Of a stretch of 64,000 nt of DNA, positions 1-12,060 are shown in pieces. The translations under genes and the position numbers were made by a program. Each line of letters opens with the position of its first letter. Within the stretch, counting starts at the first letter, position 1. The DNA is taken from NCBI RefSeq assembly GCF_006345805.1, contig NC_042997.1, forward strand, positions 190,650,001-190,714,000, in the 5' to 3' direction. The DNA comes from Octopus sinensis. Taxonomy: Eukaryota. The notes below the pieces were generated by a model. That model was not told where the DNA came from. It saw only the letters and a list, made by a program, of their open reading frames with translations, and did no database searches.

Positions 1-295
1 AACATGTTCATTCTCTTTTATTTTCCCCCCAAAATGTTTTTTTTGTCTGTTTTGCTATTTTTTTGTTATGGTTCTTTCAGAACATCGATTTTCTATGGAA
101 CTTCTGCCTCTGACACTTTTTATTCACGATAATAATTCCAGGAAGTTTTATGCAAACTGATGAAATGAGTATTATTTTAACTCTATTTTCCAAACAAGGT
201 TTTAACGTGATAGGAAAGCATTGTTTAATTTAATTTAACTAAACAATGCTTCGCACACAAACTTCCATGCATGTATGCATATATATATATATTTA

Positions 296-500
296 ATCCA
301 AATATGAACAAAGAGAAAACACAATAATGCGAGGACGTGGAACAAGTATAGTGTTATTAGACGCTCAGGAAATGAAAGAAAGAATGGGGAATTAACGTTT
401 CGAGCGGAGCTCTTTGTCAGAAAAATAGAAAAAAGGAAAGGTCCAAGGAAGGGAAATCGGAGAAAGAAAATCGCCAACGATACACACGCGGTCACGCACA
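296..500 (-). mobile_element. Penelope-like terminal-repeat fragment with degenerate minimal hammerhead (392-423)
   Basis: Minus strand reads ttt CTGACAA A GAGC tcc GCTC GAAA CG TT aa (G8 replaced by A); homologous copy at 13805-13940. Confidence 0.55.
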
Positions 501-1261
501 CACCACATATATATATTATGCGCATATCTCTCTTAATTTGTGTGTGTGTGTGTTTGATGAGCGGATCAAAGAGTATTCACTATTAGAAAGTAGAGTATGA
601 ACTATTGTTTAATATGTAAGTGATTGTCAGATTCCCATTTCCATACATTGGATCCCTTGTGAACAGAGTGAATTGTTGTTTAGCCCTAGGTCAGTCGTAA
701 CTGAGCAGACATATAATCAAAGGCATACTACATCTGAGCATATAGTTCTTTATTAATATCTTGGATTCTATTATCTGATATGTTATTCCATTGTTTAAGA
801 TAGTAAAGAGTGATTTCTGGGAGATGTGGCAGCAATTACTACACGGAACACGTAAAATCTCTCTTCTTTAATTCACTCATCAAGTTATGGGTATCCTTCT
901 CTGACAGTATCCAAACACAGAAGATAATCACGTCAACTCGTTGTTAATTATCAATGGATAAGAAAAAGTGAAAGCCATATGCCGTGTGGGGAATAAAAAG
1001 TCTAACGCTTCGCTCTTTTGCTCTTCTGTAAGAGAGCAGTATCTAAAAGTTTTCTTCTTTAGGTTCAGAGTGTTCCATGAGAAAAGGAATTATATAGAGA
1101 GATGATGTCGGGTAATTCATACAAAAGATATAAAGTTGAAAAGCAAATTAGGATGGATGTGATTAGTTAGCGAGCTATACGATACAGGAGGAACTAAAGT
1201 GTTTTAGTAGTGTTTATAACAAACTCACGTTAGATGGTATGAGAGATGTGAGAATGCAAAG

Positions 1262-1494
1262 GGTGGCGAGCTGGCAGAATCGCTAGCACGCCGGGCGAAA
1301 TGCTTAGCAGTATTTCATCTGCCGCTACATTCTGAGTTCAAATTCCGCCAAGGTCCACATTGTCTTTCATCCTTTCGGGGTCGATTAAATAAGTACCAGT
1401 TACGCACTGGGGGTCGATATAATCCACTTAATCCCTTTGTCTGTCCTTGTTTGTCCCTTCCGTGTTTATCCCCTTGTGGGTAGTAAAGAAATAG
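1262..1494 (+). mobile_element. tRNA-derived SINE family A, monomer with TSD
   Basis: A-box-like ggcgagctggcagaa, B-box-like gagttcaaattc, ends aaagaaatag; flanked by direct repeat atgtgagaatgcaa; many copies in window. Confidence 0.85.
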
Positions 1495-2182
1495 ATGTGA
1501 GAATGCAAGGAGCGATATGGACTGAAAGACACCGGCAAAATAACATAGACCTTTATACAAAGTGAGAGAAAGAGATGGTAGGGGCAGCTTGCAGAATAAT
1601 GGGATTACTTAGGAATGGTCAAAATGTAAACAATATATAAATTTTAAAATCTCTCAGGAGATATAGAATAAAGCGGTGAATTGACAGAGTCGTTTATCGT
1701 CGCGTAAAATACTTTTATATGCGTAGTATCGGTTCTGCTTGTTTCTAAGTTCAAAATTCCACCGACATCACGTCGATTTTGCTTTGTAACCTTTTGAGTC
1801 CGATATATAAATAACACATCTAGAACAGTGAACTGGTGCAATTACTATAACATCAGAGAGGATGCCTTGCGGTATCTTCACCCCCTTGCGACCTGATGAC
1901 AAAAGTTAAGACGATATAGGTGGTAAACTGTATCGGTATTTTTCTTTTCGTTGGACAACTTTCGGGGACGTAAAAGGAGAGAATTGTATGATTGGATAAC
2001 TGGTAAATTTCCATTTAAAAAAAAACAGAAATGCAGACAAATTGTCTACGCTTTGGACAACCATGCTGGGTTACCAGCATCAATGTAGAAACATGATGAT
2101 GCACCGCCTTCAGTTGTTTAATCGATATCTTCCGCATTATGTATTTCATCAACATCTTTTGTTGAACTGCTAGGTTACAACA

Positions 2183-2298
2183 TATAAACAAACATAAACA
2201 CAGGCACACGCACACACAACACACTCACATGCATACATGTACACATACATATATATATATATACTTATATATACATACATATATATATACATACCTAC

Positions 2299-2338
<40 letters not shown>

Positions 2339-2403
2339 ACATACATACATACATAATATACATACATACATACATATACACATATATATACATACATATA
2401 TAT

Positions 2404-2457
<54 letters not shown>

Positions 2458-2542
2458 TGTATAATATTACCAGAGAGTGATCGGAAATATTAGAAATTCC
2501 ATTGCCTCTAATGTCTTTAAATGTACACTGTATTTATATATG

Positions 2543-2587
<45 letters not shown>

Positions 2588-2624
2588 TCAAGCACACACA
2601 CACAAGCACGTACACACACACACA

Positions 2625-2662
<38 letters not shown>

Positions 2663-2686
2663 TATATATATATATATATATATATG
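2183..2686. repeat. Compound microsatellites (CA)n/(TA)n/(TACA)n
   Basis: Direct inspection. Confidence 0.95.
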
Positions 2687-2807
2687 TAAATGGATGGCTT
2701 ATTAGCAATTAGAACCTAAAAGCAAATCTAATAGAGGTCACAAAAGTGACGGACGGTGCTGAGTAGTACCGCTTATGATGAAATAAGAGCTAAATTAACT
2801 CCAAAAC

Positions 2808-3298
2808 CACTAAAGCACTATACTTAGTAACTGACAAAGGGAGGTAAGTCCCTAACGTATATAGTCGTATCGCGATTTCGAATTTTGGTGCAGACCACCA
2901 TAATTCTCATCAGTGGTTCTTAATGCCTAAGGTTAAAGTCAACTTTCTTTGTCGATCTTATAAGAAATACCGTTGCTGATTTTCAAAACGGTAAAAGTAT
3001 AAACAAATTAAAAGGGTAGCTTATTAGCAATTTGAACCTAAAGGCAAAATAAATGGAGGTCACAAAGTGATGGAGGGTGCTGACTAGCACCGATTATGCT
3101 AAAATGAGGGTGCAATTAACTCCAAAGCCACTAAAGCACTATATTGTCAAACGGTTTTTCTGATAAGATTGACAAAGGTGGTTGAGTTTAAATCTTGGTG
3201 TTAAGAGCCGTTGATGAGAAATTGGAAATCGCAATACGGCTATATACACTAGGGACTTGTCTCCCTTTGTTAGTCATTAAGTATAGTGCTTTAGTGGG
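2808..3298. mobile_element. Element with ~78-bp terminal inverted repeats (MITE-like)
   Basis: ccactaaagcactatacttagtaactgacaaaggg... (2808-2885) is the imperfect reverse complement of 3222-3298. Confidence 0.6.
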
Positions 3299-3651
3299 CA
3301 GCGGACTCGCGGTCGTAAGATCGCGGTTTCGATTCCAAGACCGGGCGTTGTGAGTGTTTATTGAGCGAAAACATCTAAAGCTCCACGAGGCTCCGGCAGG
3401 GATGGTGGTGATCCCTGTTGTACTCTTTCACCACAGCTTTCTCTCACTCTTACTTCCTGTTTCTGTTGTACCTGTATTTCAAGGGGCCGGCCTTGTCACT
3501 CTCTGTGTCACGCTGAATCTCCCCGAGAACTACGTTATGGGTGCGCGTGTCTGTGGAGTGCTCAGCCACTTACACGTTAATTTCACGAGCAGGCTGTTCC
3601 GTTGATCGGATTAACCGGAACCCTCGTCGTTGGAACCGACGGAGTGCTTCC
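3296..3651 (+). mobile_element. tRNA-derived SINE family C, 5'-truncated
   Basis: gcagcggactcgcggtcgtaagatcgcggtttcgattcc...gacggagtgcttcc; matches copies at 7162 and 48149. Confidence 0.85.
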
Positions 3652-3796
3652 ATTTTAACATAAGCTGCAGTAGTCAGTACCCTCTGACATTTCCGTGACT
3701 TCTATTATATATATATATATGCCATGCAATGAGACTGAACCAGAGATCATGTAGAAACATCTTAACTACACAGCCATTGCTGCATATATATATATA

Positions 3797-4132
3797 GTGT
3801 TACATACAAAATTAAGAGGAAAGACCAATAAATTTGACATCTAATATGCTAAACATAGATGTCAAATCGCCAATACCACGAAGAATGTGTTCTCAGGAAA
3901 AATCTCAGCAAAAACGCCAAAATGTAAAACTGAGCAAGACAAATGAAAATATATGACATAAAAAATGATTACCTATGTACCAATGGTTTCACTTGTTACA
4001 TTTTTACATCTTGGCGTTTTTGCTGAGATTTTTCTTGAGAACACATTCTTTGTGGTAATGGCGATTTGACGTCTATGTTTAGCATATTAGTGTCCACTTT
4101 AGTGGTCATTCCTCTTAATTTTGTACGTAACA
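3797..4132. mobile_element. Fold-back / MITE-like element
   Basis: Arms 3797-~3930 and ~3999-4132 are imperfect reverse complements (aatatgctaaacatagatgtcaaatcgcc / ggcgatttgacgtctatgtttagcatatt). Confidence 0.75.
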
Positions 4133-4185
4133 CCATTTTAATCTTCGGATTTTTAAATATGCTAAGCCACTGGTTTTTAATTGAT

Positions 4186-4285
4186 NNNNNNNNNNNNNNN
4201 NNNNNNNNNNNNNNNNNNNNNNNNNNNNNNNNNNNNNNNNNNNNNNNNNNNNNNNNNNNNNNNNNNNNNNNNNNNNNNNNNNNNN
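4186..4285. other. Assembly gap (100 N)
   Basis: N run. Confidence 1.
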
Positions 4286-5543
4286 CTTTCTATGAAATGA
4301 GAACAACAATTATAATGTGATTAATTATGTCATAATTATGAGCTGTAATCAATACAGTTGAAGTAATTTGCACATGTAGATTTCCAGAAAGTAATTACAA
4401 GTAAGTAGAGAATCTATGTAGTGTTATATTAGTTCGGAATTCAGTGTAGACCTTCGTGCGATATATCTTGACTATAAAATGGTATTATATTCTACGTGTG
4501 GGTGAAGTAAATAAAAAATAAAAGAGAAAAAAGATATTCATCGTAAAATTCACCTCAATGCTATTACTTCTGAACACAAGGGTGTATATATCTTTATTAA
4601 CATTATGCTTTATCAATTGTGTTAATAGATTCCCAGAATGATAATAGCCTGGAATTATTTTCACGAGATTGTAGCCATATTTTACTTTGCACTTTTAAAT
4701 ATGGAAAAAATATATAAATATAATAATCCCTCACAGTGGAATAGTCAAGAATATAAACACGTTCTTTCTATACTTATTGATGTGTGTAAACAATAAAGAA
4801 GAGAGAAAGAAAGAGTCTTATGATCTTCCAGTTTCTTGACCGCTCCACAGAGATGTACCCAGTTTCATTCTCTAACTAGTACCACACATCAGTTGCTTAT
4901 AAAACAATCATAAATCAGGATAGTACTGTTGCGGGTTGCTTAATTTACATACATGTGTTTTTAATGGCTCGTAAACAATCTATCCACTGCGGTGCTAGTC
5001 TAATTCATGAGTGCTTTATTGTGTTATTAATTAGGGAAGGTAGTGGTCACCAAACCCTACTACAATCTACCGCTTCTTTTTCTTCTGTAAATTAATACCA
5101 TAGAAAGAATGTGCTTACATTCTCATTCATTCCACAGTCCAGTTTTATTATATTTATATATTTCGGTTCTTTTTATTTACGCTGTTTTGCACGAATACAT
5201 ATGAAAATATAGATTTAATTAAATGGAACTTTAAGAACATAAATGTACATATTCCTAAGTGGCTGGTGTCTGCAAATTGGTAAGCATTTTCACTTCCTTC
5301 ACGTAATGTGTACATTAAAGAAACAAGCAAACGAAGAATTTCATCTGCAGTTGTTTGACTAGTTAAGAATAAGAGCCAAACCCCTTTACATTGCGCTCTC
5401 TTCTAATATAAAGTCGGGACACATTAGACGACATAATTAAGCAAACCCGTGGCGAAAAGTCAGAAAACTTTGATCACTGTCTCCTTAATTAGTGCTGAAC
5501 TGGTTCTAAACGACAACTGAAAGGAAACAAGAATGGAAATATC

Positions 5544-5926
5544 TACTCTTTACTCTCTTTTACTCTTTTACTTGTTTCAGTCATTTGATTGTGGCCATGC
5601 TGGAGCATCCTCTTTAGTCGAGCAAATCGACTTATTTCTATCGGTCTCTTTTGCCGAACCGCTAAGTTACGGGCACGTAAACACACCAGCATCGGTTGTC
5701 AAGCGATGTTGGGGGATAAACACAGACACACAAACACACACACACATACATATATATGTATACGATGGGTTTCTTTCAATTTCCATCTACCAAATCCACT
5801 CACAAGGCTTTGGTCGGCCCGAGGCTATAGTAGAAGACACTTGGTCAAGGTGCCACGCAGTGGGAATGAACCCGGAACCATGTGGTTGGTAAGCAAGCTA
5901 CTTACTACACAGCCACTCCTTCGCCT
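5544..5926 (-). mobile_element. tRNA-derived SINE family B (aaaagagt tail, internal TA/CA tract)
   Basis: Head ggagtggctgtgtagtaag..., CORE-like ccttgaccaagtgtcttc, (aaaagagt)n tail; more than 10 copies in window. Confidence 0.9.
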
Positions 5927-6377
5927 ATTCGATTATATCTCAATAAATAACCACATAGACCCAAACGAAGAGAAAAAAGTCTGCAAAAATATTCACTGAG
6001 TATAATTGTAAATGTAGCTAAATATATGAACCATGAGTGGGTAACTGCGGTAAGATTAAATTGTTTGTTTTCTTAACTTCATTGTTTAAATTTCTCATTG
6101 GAATCTGAAGAGAAAATAGTTTACAGTAGTGTGGTTTGTCAGGCGATAAAAGATGCTTAAGTGTATTTCTTATAGTTCTAGCTCATATGCTGTGTATCTA
6201 TGTGTTTACTGTATCTGAATTATACAATTTTATAGATATTTTAATGAATGCCAGTTGACTCATCAGTAATTAAAATAAATAATTACTCGAGCTCTCTCTA
6301 TATAGAAACATACCTAAATACATATACACATACACACAAACTTACGAACACATGCTATATATATATGTGTATGTGTG

Positions 6378-6412
<35 letters not shown>

Positions 6413-6487
6413 CATTATTATTATTATTAAAAATATTACTATCCAGGAAGAATAAAGCACCATAAAAGGTAGAATTATAAATATACA

Positions 6488-7128
6488 AAGTGGATGTACA
6501 TGAAGTACGATCGTTGCTAGAAATAGCAGCCTGTAAACTATCGGCGTTATGTGGAGTTTCAGTGAATGTTTACAGGCAGAGGTGTTTGCGGGCGGTGTAT
6601 ATAGGAAAATTCTGTCTTACCTCTACGAAGACTATTAGATGAATGAAGGATAATACTGCAGTTTCAAACTCTTCGGATCACGTGCGTGAGCGCAAATCCG
6701 ATTGGTTCTCTTCAGTTGGATCGACCATCGACGACGAAATTTTAAAATATTCACTACATCTACGCCTGTTTACTCGGCTGAAATCCCAAGACAAAATCAG
6801 TGATTTTGGGTCTGATTTTGACTGGAGATTTCAGCCGAGTAAACAGGCCGAGATGTAGTGAACATCTTAAAATTTCGTCGTCAATTTCGTTTCAACTGAA
6901 GTGAACCAATCGGATTCGCATTCACGCACGTGATACAAAAAGTTTGAAACTACAGTATTGAATTATCCTTCATTCCTCTAACGGTCTCCGTTGAGGTAAG
7001 ACACAATTTTCCTATATTCACCGCCCGCAAACATCTCTGCCTGTAAACATCCATTGAAGCTCTACATGGCGCGGATAGCTTACCAGCTGCTATTTCTAGC
7101 AATTATCGTACTTCGTGTACATCCGCTT
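6488..7128. mobile_element. 640-bp imperfect palindrome (fold-back/MITE)
   Basis: Left arm aagtggatgtacatgaagtacgat... mirrors right arm ...atcgtacttcgtgtacatccgctt; arms meet near 6790-6815. Confidence 0.8.
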
Positions 7129-7161
7129 AGTAAAGATTTATTTGGGTAAAGATATATTTTT

Positions 7162-7511
7162 GGAAGCACTCCGTCGGTTACGACAACGAGGGTTCCGGTT
7201 GATCCGAATCAACGGAACAGCCTGCTCGTGAAATTAACGTGTAAGTGACTGAGCACTCCACAGACACGTGTACCCTTAACGTATTCAGCGTGACACAGAG
7301 AGTGACAAGGCCGGCCCTTTGAAATACAGGTACAACAGAAACAGGAAGAAATAGAAAGAGTACAGCAGGGATCACCACCATCCCCAGCCGGAGCCTCGTG
7401 GAGCTTTAGGTGTTTTCGCTCAATAAACACTCACAACGCCCGGTCTGGGAATCGAAACACGATCTAATGACCGCGAGTCCGCTGCCCTAACCACTGGGCC
7501 ATTGCGCCTCC
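7162..7511 (-). mobile_element. SINE family C, full length
   Basis: Reverse complement of the copy at 48149-48532. Confidence 0.9.
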
Positions 7512-7927
7512 ACGGAAGATATATATATATATTATATATATATATAATATATATATAATATATATAATACACACACGCATTCACACACACATACACATGT
7601 GGTCATGCATCTCTGTGTACGTGATGTCGAGTGGCCTAGTGGTTGGGGTTTTTCACTCATGATCGTAAGGTTGTGCTTGCCATTCACAGACCGACGGTTC
7701 CTTGTGTTCTTGAGCAAAGAACTACCTTTCATTTTATTCTGTGCCACTCAGCTATAAATAGATAACGGATAACCCTTCGATGGACTGCCAATTCGCTCAT
7801 TGGCAATGTTGTCCCGCCTTCCACACCAGCAACATGGCATCATCCTAAAGCTTCAATAATGCGAAGAGCTTCATTGTGAGCAGCGATGTATAAAATCATC
7901 TGATAATCTGACTAACACGCCATGATA

Positions 7928-8130
7928 GATCGTTAGCTCCTACACGCATTTTTTTTCTTTCCTTGTTTCTCTCCTTGTTTTTTTCTGTGTATCTTTCTGT
8001 CGAAGAGCGTAGGCTCGAAACGTAACAGACTTTTTCTATTTCTATTCCTGAGTGCTATACTAATACATTTGTTTGTTTGTACTCGACCTGCCTTCGTCTT
8101 TTGTTTATTTTCGTAAACTTTCCCGTTATA
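7928..8130 (+). mobile_element. Penelope-like terminal-repeat fragment with minimal hammerhead-like motif (7992-8029)
   Basis: tcttt CTGTCGA A GAGC gtag GCTC GAAA CG TA acaga; homologous to 11568-11780 and 43485-43800. Confidence 0.6.
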
Positions 8131-8418
8131 TATATATATGTATGTATGCGTGTGTGTGTATATATATATATAAGGCGGCGCTCCAGCATGGCCACAGTCA
8201 TATGACTGAAACAAGCAAAAGAGTAAAGAGTATATGTATACATATATATATATAGTGACGTATTTTTGCCATTTCAATATGGCTAACCCCTAAGGGTGGA
8301 TGCTACTGTAGTTTTTAGCCCCAGGAGGACACACTCCTCCAGTGGCCATAGACACACTATCTTGTCCTGTCAGTATTTGCAAAGGGAAGTCATCCTTCCC
8401 GTCTTCAACCTTATGATA

Positions 8419-8463
8419 CACACGGACTCGAGTTTCGAGGTATTGACCTCTCGTCAGCGTGTG
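8419..8463 (-). ncRNA. Minimal type I hammerhead ribozyme, intact
   Basis: cacacg CTGACGA gaggt caat acctc GAAA c tcga g TC^ cgtgtg: 6-bp stem I, 5-bp stem II, 2-bp stem III with palindromic loop, GUC site. Confidence 0.9.
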
Positions 8464-8966
8464 ACATCATAGTTGTCGCCGAGAATTAAGATTCCTTCAC
8501 AAAATACTTATACTCTTTCCAGCGCCCATGTCGCTGATATTGAAAAAGTGAAATCAAACAATGATAAATATCAAAGTGAGTTAATACAGTAGCGTAACAC
8601 ATCGTGACTACAGTAGCGGTAACACATCGTGACGTACGTCACGATGTGTTACCGCTACTGTATATAACTCATTTGATATTTATCATTGTTTGATTTCACT
8701 TTTTCAATATCACACAGATAGTGTGTCTATGGCCAGCTGGGGAGGAAGAGGTGTGTCCTCTGGGGCTAAAAACTACATAGCATCCACCTTAGGGGTTAGC
8801 CATATTGAAATGGCAAAATACGTCAGATGTGTTACCGCTACTGTATATAACTCACTTTGATATTTATCATTGTTTGATTTCACTTTTTCAATATCAGCGA
8901 CAGTGGGCGCTGGAAAAAGTATAAGTATTTGTGAAGGAAATCAATCTCGGCGACAACTACGATTGT

Positions 8967-9012
8967 CACACGCTGACGAGAGGTCATTACCTCGAAACTC
9001 GAGTCCGTGGTG
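8967..9012 (+). ncRNA. Minimal type I hammerhead ribozyme, core intact
   Basis: cacacg CTGACGA gaggt catt acctc GAAA ctcgagTC^ cgtggtg (one extra G in stem I). Confidence 0.85.
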
Positions 9013-9312
9013 TATCATAAGTTGAAGAGGGAAGGATGACTTCCCTTGCAAATACTGACAGGACACAGATAGTGTGTCTATGGCCAGCTGGAGGAGTGTG
9101 TCCTCCTGGGGCTAAAAACTACAGTAGCATCCACCCTTAGGGGTTAGCCATATTGAAATGGCAAAAATACGTCACGATGTGTTACCGCTACTGTATATAA
9201 CTCACTTGATATTTATCATTGTTTGATTCACTTTTTAATATCAGCGACATGGGCGCTGGAAAAAGTATAAGTATTTGCGAAGAAATCTAATTCTCGGCGA
9301 CAACTAGATTGT

Positions 9313-9358
9313 CACACGCTGACGAGAGGTCAATACCTCAAAACTCGAGTCCGTTGTG
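9313..9358 (+). ncRNA. Hammerhead ribozyme copy with G12A core change
   Basis: cacacg CTGACGA gaggt caat acctc AAAA ctcgagtc cgttgtg. Confidence 0.7.
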
Positions 9359-9669
9359 TATCATAAGTTGAAGACGGAAGGTGACTTCCCTTTGCAAATA
9401 CTGACAGGACACAGAAGTGTGTCTATGGCCAGCTGGAGGAGTGTGTCCTCCTGGGGCTAAAAACTACAGTAGCATCCACCCTTAGGGGTTAGCCATATTG
9501 AAATGGCAAAAATACGTCACGATGTGTTACCGCTACTGTATATAACTCACTTTGATATTTATCATTGTTTGATATTCACTTTTTCAATATCAGCGACCAG
9601 TGGGCGCTGGAAAAAGTATAAGTATTTGTGAAGGAAATCTAATTCTCGGCGACAGCTATTTTGATTTTT

Positions 9670-9713
9670 CACACGCTGACGAGAGGTCAATACCTCGAAA
9701 TCGAGTCCGCGTG
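9670..9713 (+). ncRNA. Hammerhead ribozyme copy lacking one stem III C
   Basis: cacacg CTGACGA gaggt caat acctc GAAA tcgagtc cgcgtg. Confidence 0.7.
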
Positions 9714-10012
9714 ATCATAAGTTGAAGACGGGAAGGATGATTCCCTTTGCAAATACTGACAGGACACAGATAGTGTGTCTATGGCCAGCTGGAGGAGTGT
9801 GCCTCCTGGGGCTAAAAACTACAGTAGATCCACCCTTAGGGGTTAGCCATATGAAATGGCAAAAATACGTCACGATGTGTTACGCTACTGTATATAACTC
9901 ACTTTGATATTTATGCATTAGTATAATAATATATAATACATACACACACACACACACACACACACACCACACACACACATATATATATATATATACGATA
10001 TATTATTTATAT

Positions 10013-10370
10013 ATACTTTGATACTTTGATAGGTTTCGCCATTATTGGCCCAGGCCATGTCTAACTAATAGCACCACCTGGTGAAGTCTTTCAAGTCAGA
10101 ATTTGGGCACTATGGCCCACTCAAGTAGAGAGTTATTGTTTACAGAGACATATCCGGGTGTAGGGGGGTTTATCCGGGATTTCTTGAGAATCTGTCCAAA
10201 GACTTCTTGAAACCTATAGGGTCAGTTTTGTTTTAATGTGTTTGGGTAATGTTAAGAGAGCGGGCCAATTGAGGTGAAATATTGTGACGTATGTTGTTAT
10301 GAGATGAGAGTGAGATTTTTTTTGGGCGGATGGCACGGGGCCCAAGCCTTGGATGTACCTTAAAGTGATG
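10013..10370 (-). mobile_element. 3' end of a CR1/L2-group LINE (5'-truncated)
   Basis: Minus strand (frameshifted) reads ...DPIGFKKSLDRFL..EIPDKPPTPGYVSVNNNSLLEWAIVP, then a short 3'UTR and (caaagtat)n tail. Confidence 0.65.
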
Positions 10371-11289
10371 CAACATCATTTGGGCAATGCTGATGGAATA
10401 TTTTCCACATCATGCAGGATGTGGTATAATACTATTCCACATATACAAAAATACCGATGCCAACAATTCAACATACCTTCATCATCAGCTGCCCCACGTA
10501 CATCATAAGTATTGTTTCGGAAGAAATATACCAAGGAAATTACAAATTTCAAATACATTTTCCCTATCTACAACAGTATCGGTAAATAAATTCAATACGT
10601 AAATCAATAACCAACTGCTAAATATGTAACTAAACAGCGACCAAACCTTGGAGCCATACATTTTATTCCGTACAGTCTTCCATATATAATATAAACGCGA
10701 GAGCTTAATAACCACATTAATTCAATCTAAATACAGGCAGGATTAAAGACAAACTTTAAAATTAAACTACATCAAAGAAACACATAAATCTACGTACACC
10801 TGCATCGGTATACTCAATAGCAACCAATCTTTAAGTCCATACAAATAATACTCCCACCAGCCTTCCATAGTTGCTACTATAATAAAAAAAAAATGAAAGC
10901 TTTATTTCAATTCTCTTCAGAACAAAACACGATTGAATGTAATTTAACGAATAATATAATAATTATGAGTGAAATACATTAATTCATAATTCGAATGTTA
11001 ATAAAAACACTATATACTCATTAATATATATTACCCTTACACGCTTTAATGTAAACTTACCAGTAACTAATAGAAACATTAAATTTACTAAATAAGAACT
11101 AATAAAAGTATAGTTGTAATTAACTATTGTTATAAATCGTTGTTACGATTAAGGCTAAATTAAAACTGTTTAAACGATAATAAAACTACAAAGTATTAAC
11201 GCTTACAAGGTTTTTCAGACCACGTGATTTCATCACCTCTAGAATTTAAAAGACTTTCTTAACTATGTATGACGAAGTGCGTAATTACT

Positions 11290-11957
11290 ACTTCCTCAAT
11301 TATATACATACATGCATGTATATATATATAATATATGTATATATATATTATATATATATAATATATTACATACATACAAATATACATATATAGATATATA
11401 TATATACACATATATATATACATACATACAAATATATATACATATATATAATAACATATACATACAAATATATATATATATATATATATATAACAATATA
11501 TAATAATATATATACATACATACATACAAATATATATATATATACATACACATATAATAAATATGTTGATTCGTTAGCTACTAGCACGCATTATTTTTTC
11601 TCGCCCTTCTTCTGTGTCGTTTTTTTTCTTCTCTGCGTGTATCTTTCTGTTGAAGAGCGAGGCTCGAAACGTTAAAGACTTGTTTTATTTATATTTCCTG
11701 AGCACCATACTAATACAATTGTTCGTTTGTTTTCCACCTGCCTTCGTCTTTTGTCTATTTTCATAAAGCTTCCCGTTATATATAATAATATACTACATAC
11801 ATAATATATATAGATACATTATACACATATATAATATATACATACATACACATATATATATATATATACATATATATAATAATATATACATACATACATA
11901 CAAATATATATATATATATATATATATACTATATATAATAATTATACATACATACAT

Positions 11958-12001
<44 letters not shown>

Positions 12002-12060
12002 TATAATATAATATATACATACATACAACAAATATATATATATATATATGAATATATATA
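11290..12060. repeat. (TA)n/(TACA)n compound microsatellite region with embedded repeat fragment
   Basis: Direct inspection. Confidence 0.95.
11568..11780 (+). mobile_element. Penelope-like terminal-repeat fragment with hammerhead-like motif (11642-11678)
   Basis: tcttt CTGTTGA A GAGC gag GCTC GAAA CG TT aaaga. Confidence 0.6.

Larger units (their letters stand above)
8255..9914. mobile_element. Tandem array of ~350-bp hammerhead-containing monomers (candidate non-LTR retrozyme): one minus copy plus 1 deleted, 3 full and 1 partial plus copies
   Basis: Plus units start (acgtca) at 8636, 8820, 9169, 9514, 9867; minus unit 8255-8635; each full unit holds one type I HHR. Confidence 0.88.

Noticed and set aside
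155-200. CTGATGA followed by a gagt/actc hairpin
   Set aside because: No GAAA or stem III follows; at best a heavily decayed hammerhead
6488-7128. Possible hammerhead in the 640-bp palindrome
   Set aside because: The CTGAAG-like and GAAA motifs lie on opposite strands; treated as a plain fold-back
10028-10055. Hairpin plus gcgaaacc in the LINE 3'UTR (minus strand)
   Set aside because: The CUGANGA core is absent; more likely an ordinary LINE 3' stem-loop
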